Virus record (IMG/VR): IMGVR_UViG_3300048896_000068
Span: 1-40,986 of that record
Source: a virus
Taxonomy: Duplodnaviria; Caudoviricetes
Length of the DNA: 40,986 nt
Direction: 5' to 3' (one strand)
The position numbers and the translations under genes were made by a program. Shown here one piece after another: positions 34,744 through 40,986 of this stretch. The stretch's first letter is position 1. Each line of letters starts with the position of its first letter. Below the pieces are notes generated by a model. That model was not told the DNA's origin. It ran no database searches and saw nothing but the letters and a program-made list of their open reading frames with translations.

Positions 34744-35232
34744 TTAAGAAGATGATACCAAGCTTTTAGCTTGAAGTGCTGCAATTATAGCATTTACAGC
34801 GGTTGCTATTTGTGTACCTGTTGCAGTATTGCCTATTGTAGCAATCAGTGTTTCAGGTGTTATATTTAAGTCAGTATAATTTCCAGACGTGGCAACTGTT
34901 GCAAAATCTGCACTAACTGTATAATCTGCTGCATCTTCAGCAGCCATAGTACCTAGCGTAGGCTTATTTGTCAAATCATCATAGTTGCCGGTGAAGTCTG
35001 GAGCTACATATGATTCACTAGAAGTATACGATCCAGAAACTAGAGTAACTCTATAATTTCTTGGATTATTAAATGGACCAATAACAACCACATCACTAGC
35101 AGATATTGCAGTAAATCCAGTAGGTTGATCCCCTGGATTACCAATATTTACATAATGTCCAGATGCACTAATATCAAAAGTTAAAGTAACTTGTACATCT
35201 GCGGGTAAAAAGAAAGTAGTAACATTAGTCAT
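34744..35232 (-). CDS. Head decoration/fibre protein, paralog 2
   Basis: Clear similarity to 35243-35614 plus a GNYDDL.NKP / ATSGNYTDL fibre insert. Confidence 0.65.
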   Translation of the reverse strand: MTNVTTFFLPADVQVTLTFDISASGHYVNIGNPGDQPTGFTAISASDVVVIGPFNNPRNYRVTLVSGSYTSSESYVAPDFTGNYDDLTNKPTLGTMAAEDAADYTVSADFATVATSGNYTDLNITPETLIATIGNTATGTQIATAVNAIIAALQAKSLVSSS

Positions 35233-35242
35233 AAATTAATCC

Positions 35243-35614
35243 TTATGGAGCGCTCATCAAGCCTTTTGCTATAAGAGCTGCAATTAAAGCATTTACAGCA
35301 GTTGCTATCTGTGTACCAGTAGCAGAGTTACCAATCGTAGCTGCATTAGCTTCCGGGGTAATTGCTAAACTTGAATAATTAATTTTATGAGCTGAAGCAC
35401 TAGTGTAAGAACCGTTAGTTAATACCACTTCATAGTGTTTAGGTACTGTAAACGGTCCAATGACTTTTACTTGACTTGCTGAAATTGTGGTAACTTCGGA
35501 ATGAACATCGCCTGGATCGCCAATGTTTGAATAATATCCGCTAGATAGAGCATCAAAAGTTAATGTTATTTGAGTATCAGCGGGTAAAAAGAAAGTATTG
35601 CGAGATTCTGCCAT
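35243..35614 (-). CDS. Head decoration/fibre protein, paralog 1
   Basis: Follows the capsid gene; C-terminal VNALIAAL..KGL. Confidence 0.65.
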   Translation of the reverse strand: MAESRNTFFLPADTQITLTFDALSSGYYSNIGDPGDVHSEVTTISASQVKVIGPFTVPKHYEVVLTNGSYTSASAHKINYSSLAITPEANAATIGNSATGTQIATAVNALIAALIAKGLMSAP

Positions 35615-35679
35615 TTTAAAATATGTCCTATATTAATGAGCATCCATGCTCTAAAGATCCTAGTCTGAGGTATTGAAAC

Positions 35680-36840
35680 TTATTCCACTAAAAGTGCAAA
35701 ATGTTCAGGTTTGATTACACTGTAACCCCATGCTGCTGCAACTTCGAATTTAACACGACGATATTCTTTATACATCGCAACTTCGAAGCCTAAACCACTT
35801 CTAGGATCTTGAACGGTCATAACATCTACTGCTAAGTCACCTTCTTGTGGTCGAGCCGGAGCACGAGTAACAAGATGGATCGCATTTCTTGTGAATACAC
35901 AGTTTCTTTCTGCTTTGTCAATAATGGCAATATCAGATTGTGATGCATCAAGAGATCCTCTTAAACCTGGAGCAGCAATAACAACCGTACCGCCCGAACT
36001 CATATCACCGCCAGAAGTTACCACATATTGTGAAGCTGTTGCATCACCTGAGAATGTGATAATATCACCTGCTACAATTGTACCTGAACCGTCGGTAGCA
36101 ACTACAATGCTTGTGGCTCCAACTGCGTACCCGGTAGAATCGGTTTTAAGACCTGATCCAGTACCTTTGGTATGGTGTTTTACTTGAGCAGATTCTCTTA
36201 AGCTCATGCCATGCATATCTAAGAGTACGCCTTGACGGAGCATTGTCTCATTACCTGCGGTATTTGCGCCTAAGTATTGAGCATTACCTCTAAATTGTGC
36301 ACCTGCTGTCGTTGATAAAATTGCATGCATATCACCAAGTGGAGCACCATTATCAACTAACACTTTTCTCACATTTGCAAGATCTTTATAGTCTTGATTT
36401 TTGAAAAGAGTTGTGTCAGATGGTGAAATCGCACGAGAAGCATAAATATATTGACTTGCAAGATCCGCTTCGATTTCGTTGCATAGTGTTCTCATTGCTT
36501 GAGCAAATTGATCACGTAGGATGTTTGAGTATCCTGGACCATTTGCATTCATAGCACGTTGTTCTTCACCTGCCCATCTAATAGGTACATACTTGCTTTT
36601 TGTAATAGCAATAGTATGGTTGTCTACTGTTTGGTTACCGTCATCAGGTGGCAATTGGCCTGGATTGATGTTTGAAGAGCTAGCAGAATTTGTAACAAAA
36701 CTTCTAACTGTCTGGTTCAGTGCTGCACGTTCTACGCTTGAATCCCTAGATACAGCAGGAATCATACCTACCAATTCTCTGGATACTACGTCTAACGCTT
36801 CGTACAGATCAGGTGTTAAACTAGTTAATGTATTGGACAT
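35680..36840 (-). CDS. Major capsid protein (P22 coat-like family)
   Basis: NTLT.L.PDLY.ALDVVSRELVG.IPAV; DPRSGL.FEV..Y; WG...IKPEH. Confidence 0.9.
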   Translation of the reverse strand: MSNTLTSLTPDLYEALDVVSRELVGMIPAVSRDSSVERAALNQTVRSFVTNSASSSNINPGQLPPDDGNQTVDNHTIAITKSKYVPIRWAGEEQRAMNANGPGYSNILRDQFAQAMRTLCNEIEADLASQYIYASRAISPSDTTLFKNQDYKDLANVRKVLVDNGAPLGDMHAILSTTAGAQFRGNAQYLGANTAGNETMLRQGVLLDMHGMSLRESAQVKHHTKGTGSGLKTDSTGYAVGATSIVVATDGSGTIVAGDIITFSGDATASQYVVTSGGDMSSGGTVVIAAPGLRGSLDASQSDIAIIDKAERNCVFTRNAIHLVTRAPARPQEGDLAVDVMTVQDPRSGLGFEVAMYKEYRRVKFEVAAAWGYSVIKPEHFALLVE

Positions 36841-36858
36841 TTTATAACCTCTTAGTTA

Positions 36859-37542
36859 TTAATCAACAACTTTACCGCCTTGTTTGATATAGGACATTCG
36901 TTGAACGTGATCCATACCATCAAAGCTTTTTCGATCTATTTCTTTGTTTGTGTTAGTCGCACTGCGTCCGGCACCTTGGGCACTGCCCCCACTTGATTTT
37001 ACACCTCTTAATAGAGATTTAAATTTTTCACTTTTTGCGAATTCAGCTTTTAAATCATCAATGCTTGACACTGTCAAATCGCCATTTTGATCTAAAACCT
37101 TAATTCCGTCTTCGGTATATCTTAATCTTTTATTTATAAACTCGCTTAGGAGTTCAGCGTTTGAACCATCAGCAAGATCAGATGCTATTTTCAATGATTC
37201 ATTCTTAATTTTTTCACTCGAAACTCTTTGCTGTAAATTTTGCAATTGTTCCGCTAAGGTTTTATTCTTAGATTCAGATGACTTTAACAGTTGTTCAAAA
37301 TCACCGTCCCTTTTAGCTTTTTCCATCCTTGCTTTCTCTTTAGCTTCAGACTCTTCTCTTGCTCGCTGCTTAGCTTGCTTAGTCTCTGCTAATAATTCGT
37401 TTGACTTACCTCTTAATGCTTCTACTTGTTTTTGTAAGTCTTTGATAATACTGTCTTTATCGTCTTTTGGTGTTTCTACCTCTGATGAATCTTGACTTTC
37501 GTCTGAAACTGTTTTATCATCTGTCATAATGGGATACCTCAC
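36859..37542 (-). CDS. Capsid scaffolding protein
   Basis: Charged coiled coil, SGG.A.G, C-terminal GGKVVD; upstream of the capsid gene. Confidence 0.85.
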   Translation of the reverse strand: MRYPIMTDDKTVSDESQDSSEVETPKDDKDSIIKDLQKQVEALRGKSNELLAETKQAKQRAREESEAKEKARMEKAKRDGDFEQLLKSSESKNKTLAEQLQNLQQRVSSEKIKNESLKIASDLADGSNAELLSEFINKRLRYTEDGIKVLDQNGDLTVSSIDDLKAEFAKSEKFKSLLRGVKSSGGSAQGAGRSATNTNKEIDRKSFDGMDHVQRMSYIKQGGKVVD

Positions 37543-37581
37543 TAAGGTTAATTATGTCCACTGGACAAGCATACATTGAGC

Positions 37582-37610
37582 AGTATACACTAATTTATTA
37601 AAAAAGTCAA
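37582..37610 (-). promoter_or_regulatory. Late-type promoter for the scaffold/capsid operon
   Basis: TTGACT-17-TATACT with TAAATTAGTG in the spacer. Confidence 0.8.
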
Positions 37611-37627
37611 TACCGCTCGTCGGAAAG

Positions 37628-39064
37628 TTATGATACTAATGGTTCAGTATTACCAGGATCAGCGTTCGGATCTTGTCCAACTGGAGGTAATGAAGTGTCG
37701 ATTTCCTTGTCAATTTCCTCATCCGTTCTTTCTTGGTTGATTACACCATATGCTCTCAACTGCTGTCTAAGGTCGCTAACTGCAACTAATCTATTTTGTA
37801 ACAATTGAATAGCAGCTAATATGAAGTTGGGATCTAAGTCTTTATCAAAATATTGATTGTTCAATTCTATGTCTATGTCTTCAATACCTTCTTCAGAATC
37901 TTGATAGATGTTCCCACTCATGAATCTAGCTACATATGCACAAGATAGTTCTAAGGCTTGTTCCACATTATTTGCAATCGTTTCAAGTATACTAGTTTCA
38001 CCACTATGTCTCATTTTTGCAGCGGTTGCCGTTTCTCTATCTAATTGTTTTACAATTAATCGAGCGCCTACCATTACTGCCTGTTCTTCTTTGCGTATCA
38101 TTGCTTCGTCGGCTAATTGGTTTGGAGAAGCTTGTAAAAACTCTGCTTTCCCTCCAATACCAAGATTTAATCCTTTGCGGGATCCAATTACCACACCATT
38201 AGGATTTGCTGCTTTGAATTGCTCCATAGTTAGTTCTGAAGTCATAACTAATGTAGGTTGTCCCACAATGTGTACGCTTTCTTCATAATCAGCAGAGTTA
38301 CGCAAATGTCCAACATTAAGAGCGGCAAGATCATATAAGGGTATTGGATCAATATCTGAGTCATTATCTTCGCTACCAATAAAAATAAATGGGATGTATT
38401 CCCATGGATTACCGTTTGCGTCTCTAGGAGTATAAAACATTTGACGCTCTAATTTTTCACCGTCATATACTTCTTGTGTATAAATTCCATTATTCAATCT
38501 TAAAACTCTATACTGACATTTCTTTATCCACTCAAAGCCGTCTTCTCCTAACTCTGAATACTCTTCTTTTAATACTACTAATGTCAATATTGGCATACCG
38601 TCAACCATTTTTTCTTGCCAATTAATAATACTTTCTGCTGTATAGGTATATATTCTAGCTTTTAAGTTTTTCAGTTCTATTTCTGCTTTTGTCAGACCTT
38701 CCTCTGATGCTGGATAGTCCACAAGAATTCCGTATCTACCAGTCATTAAAACTTCACCTACACATTCTTGAGCTAGTTTTTTTAAGGGCATTCTAAACCC
38801 TGTTGCATCAGTTAATAAATATTCTATTTCTGATGGCAATTTAATAATTGGTTCACGTCTAAAAACTGCGCCTACTAAACCAGCTTTTGTTCTTGCTGTA
38901 AAATTAGTAAATTGTGCATCGTCTTTATATTTTTTACATCTTTCTGGATCTGTTACATCTATATCTTTAATATATTTTTTTGCATCGCTTTTAACAACGT
39001 CACGAACTAATGTCCAAGCTTTACACCATTGATCATAATCAGGTCGTTTTGCATTGACTGGCAT
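37628..39064 (-). CDS. Portal protein (DUF4055-like)
   Basis: GR.G.LVDYP, Y.AESIINW, IPF.F.G, N.GH..NSADYEE, GQPT. Confidence 0.92.
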   Translation of the reverse strand: MPVNAKRPDYDQWCKAWTLVRDVVKSDAKKYIKDIDVTDPERCKKYKDDAQFTNFTARTKAGLVGAVFRREPIIKLPSEIEYLLTDATGFRMPLKKLAQECVGEVLMTGRYGILVDYPASEEGLTKAEIELKNLKARIYTYTAESIINWQEKMVDGMPILTLVVLKEEYSELGEDGFEWIKKCQYRVLRLNNGIYTQEVYDGEKLERQMFYTPRDANGNPWEYIPFIFIGSEDNDSDIDPIPLYDLAALNVGHLRNSADYEESVHIVGQPTLVMTSELTMEQFKAANPNGVVIGSRKGLNLGIGGKAEFLQASPNQLADEAMIRKEEQAVMVGARLIVKQLDRETATAAKMRHSGETSILETIANNVEQALELSCAYVARFMSGNIYQDSEEGIEDIDIELNNQYFDKDLDPNFILAAIQLLQNRLVAVSDLRQQLRAYGVINQERTDEEIDKEIDTSLPPVGQDPNADPGNTEPLVS

Positions 39065-39068
39065 TTAA

Positions 39069-40334
39069 TTAATTTCCTCTTAGATAATCCACTGGAATAT
39101 GTATAACAGGCTTTCTCACAGGCATTTCGTAGGCTATTATATATCCAGTTGCATCATTTTGATGATCCTTACCACTTTTCTTGTCTGGCTCTCCGTTTTC
39201 ACTATACGCTTGTTGTAACAAACAGTCTGAAACGGTAGGACACAAAAGCTTATTGATATATAATTTACCTGAACTAAATGCTTGGTTGACCGCTATTATT
39301 CGATCCTTCACTAAAGGATTTTTTCTAGGCGCTCTAATTTCAAATCCTGCTTGTTGCAACAAAGCAATGTCACTAACACTTGCATTTGTAGAATGTCTAC
39401 TCACGCCCGAAGCATCAGGATAACAAATAATATGATGACCTAAAAATCTTTCTTTTAATATTTTAATCATCGCCGGAGTATCATAAATATTTTTAAGTTC
39501 GTCGACTACATGAAGTTCTTTATTACCATTTCTCCATACTGCAATAGTAGCAGCCATCTTGGTGACGTTAAAATCCATACCCACAAAAAGATTTTCATTA
39601 GGTAACATTTTTTCTGTACTATTATGAGCGTCTTTATCATATGATTTATAAACTGCACCTGATTGTAAGTTTACAAACTCACCTTCGATATACGCTTTTA
39701 CTAATTCTTTGTCATAAGAATCTTCTAGAGATTTAATATAATCATCTGGTAAGAACGGATTAGAATAACTAGAAGCTCTAACCATTTCGTAGCCATCAGC
39801 TTGTTTAGTTACCCATCTATCATACATGAAATTAAATCCTTCAGGTGTAGAATATGCACAAACTCTATTCATTGCACCAGGAACATGTATTTTTTGTCTA
39901 TTTCTACCTAAAATTTTATTCCATGCTTCATTAGCTTGTTTTATTGGTAAAATGTCTATTTCGTCTATATGAGATCTATATGATTCATAGCCTACGATTC
40001 TTTCGGGACTGTCTAACGACCTTAAAATAAAATTTCCAAATTGTGATGTTTTAGTTTCAATTAAATTTTTTGTTTGATTATAATCATATTCAATACCGAA
40101 ATCAGACAATTTCAACATCAATCGAGGAGCTAATATCAATCGAACAAGATCATAAGTAGGCGCATATAGTGCTATTAAAGCATCTTTACTAATTGATGCA
40201 TCAATAATAGCTTGATTGCACATTGTTTCAGACTTACCAGATCCATAACCGCCTACAAATGCAGGATACTTACAAGTCAGCGAATGAAACGCCGCTTGTG
40301 GTTCAGTTACTCGCATTTTAATTGATTTAGGCAT
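39069..40334 (-). CDS. terL: Terminase large subunit
   Basis: GGYGSGKS, YAPTY, IDE, STPEGF, SNPFLP, GMDFN, PDASG, DH..DA.GY. Confidence 0.96.
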   Translation of the reverse strand: MPKSIKMRVTEPQAAFHSLTCKYPAFVGGYGSGKSETMCNQAIIDASISKDALIALYAPTYDLVRLILAPRLMLKLSDFGIEYDYNQTKNLIETKTSQFGNFILRSLDSPERIVGYESYRSHIDEIDILPIKQANEAWNKILGRNRQKIHVPGAMNRVCAYSTPEGFNFMYDRWVTKQADGYEMVRASSYSNPFLPDDYIKSLEDSYDKELVKAYIEGEFVNLQSGAVYKSYDKDAHNSTEKMLPNENLFVGMDFNVTKMAATIAVWRNGNKELHVVDELKNIYDTPAMIKILKERFLGHHIICYPDASGVSRHSTNASVSDIALLQQAGFEIRAPRKNPLVKDRIIAVNQAFSSGKLYINKLLCPTVSDCLLQQAYSENGEPDKKSGKDHQNDATGYIIAYEMPVRKPVIHIPVDYLRGN

Positions 40335-40375
40335 GTGAGATTTATAATACCTTATTATGGATAATGTAAGATTTA

Positions 40376-40690
40376 TTATACTTTATTTGGGATTATCTCT
40401 ACTGTTATTGCTTCAAAGCTGTCATCTATTGATAACTCTTCTTTAGCTTTTGGCAATTCGTCCCATTTACCTAAGCATTTTAGCCAGTAAATAGCGGACT
40501 GCACATTTCCATCCATAGCCATCATATAAAGATGGTTTGCTACTTCTACCGTTCTATTTATCGCTGCTGTGTTAATTGTTTCTGAGTGTTCAGCCATTAG
40601 AGCATCTTTAGTGACACCGAAGTATTTAGCAATATCATTAGCTGATATACCAGCTTCGGCTAAATCTTTAACAGTTCTAATTCTACTCAT
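40376..40690 (-). CDS. terS: Terminase small subunit (HTH)
   Basis: LA..G.S..DIA.YFGV, LY..A..GN....IYWLK; likely start 40690, downstream of the promoter. Confidence 0.8.
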   Translation of the reverse strand: MSRIRTVKDLAEAGISANDIAKYFGVTKDALMAEHSETINTAAINRTVEVANHLYMMAMDGNVQSAIYWLKCLGKWDELPKAKEELSIDDSFEAITVEIIPNKV

Positions 40691-40724
40691 AAGATATACA
40701 GCCTTTGAAAGACAGATAGGGAGT

Positions 40725-40753
40725 ATTATAGCATAAATAAAGTTTATTGTCAA
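40725..40753 (-). promoter_or_regulatory. Consensus sigma70 promoter for the packaging operon
   Basis: TTGACA-17-TATAAT with extended TG. Confidence 0.85.
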
Positions 40754-40909
40754 GCTATTTTTTAATGAGTACTTATCTGTATCTATTTTGGTACAATATT
40801 GAGTACATATATGTAACACAAAACGCCTATTTTTAAACATATTTATAAAACGTGTATAGAAATCGTGCTTTTTTAAACATGTGGCAACTTCCCCACACTA
40901 ATGCAAGAT

Positions 40910-40986
40910 AACCACTTCCCGACCATCGGCTATTGACATTTACCCCAAAATAGTGTAAACTGAAGAGGCGAATCAAGGGTATACCC
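40910..40986. repeat. Right copy (77 bp visible) of the inverted terminal repeat, including an outward promoter at 40933-40961
   Basis: Exact reverse complement of 752-828. Confidence 0.95.

Noticed and set aside
28378-39423. Plus-strand ORFs within the structural module (e.g. 33125, 36521, 37908)
   Set aside because: Antisense shadows of well-supported genes, with no RBS or motifs recognised
40691-40840. N-terminal 50 codons of the 154-aa terminase small subunit ORF
   Set aside because: A consensus promoter lies within this stretch, so the true start is more likely 40690
1-40986. Alternative genetic code or integrated prophage
   Set aside because: Core genes are intact under code 11, and there is no integrase, att context or flanking host genes

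Overview
This window looks like a near-complete ~41 kb AT-rich tailed (sipho-like) phage genome. Replication and accessory genes run rightward on the + strand (about 3.0-23.7 kb), and packaging, head, tail and lysis genes run leftward on the - strand (40.7-23.8 kb). The replication set is PolA, SSB, a YqaJ exonuclease and RusA. I recognised no primase, helicase, integrase, repressor, partition gene or protelomerase. The most unusual feature is the ends. The contig starts in a perfect hairpin (1-31), and its last 77 bp are the exact reverse complement of 752-828. This suggests ~0.8 kb inverted terminal repeats with a fold-back or palindromic terminus, each carrying an outward-facing late-type promoter. 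Other notable cargo: a ClpX-like ATPase, two Thr-nucleophile proteasome/HslV-like paralogs, an M48 peptidase, an L,D-transpeptidase, an SbmA/YddA-like permease, a DUF2235 (Tle1-like) lipase downstream of a holin-like gene, and a tRNA-like RNA with an enlarged anticodon loop inside a structured ncRNA locus before the endolysin. All protein family calls come from motif recognition by eye, not from database searches.
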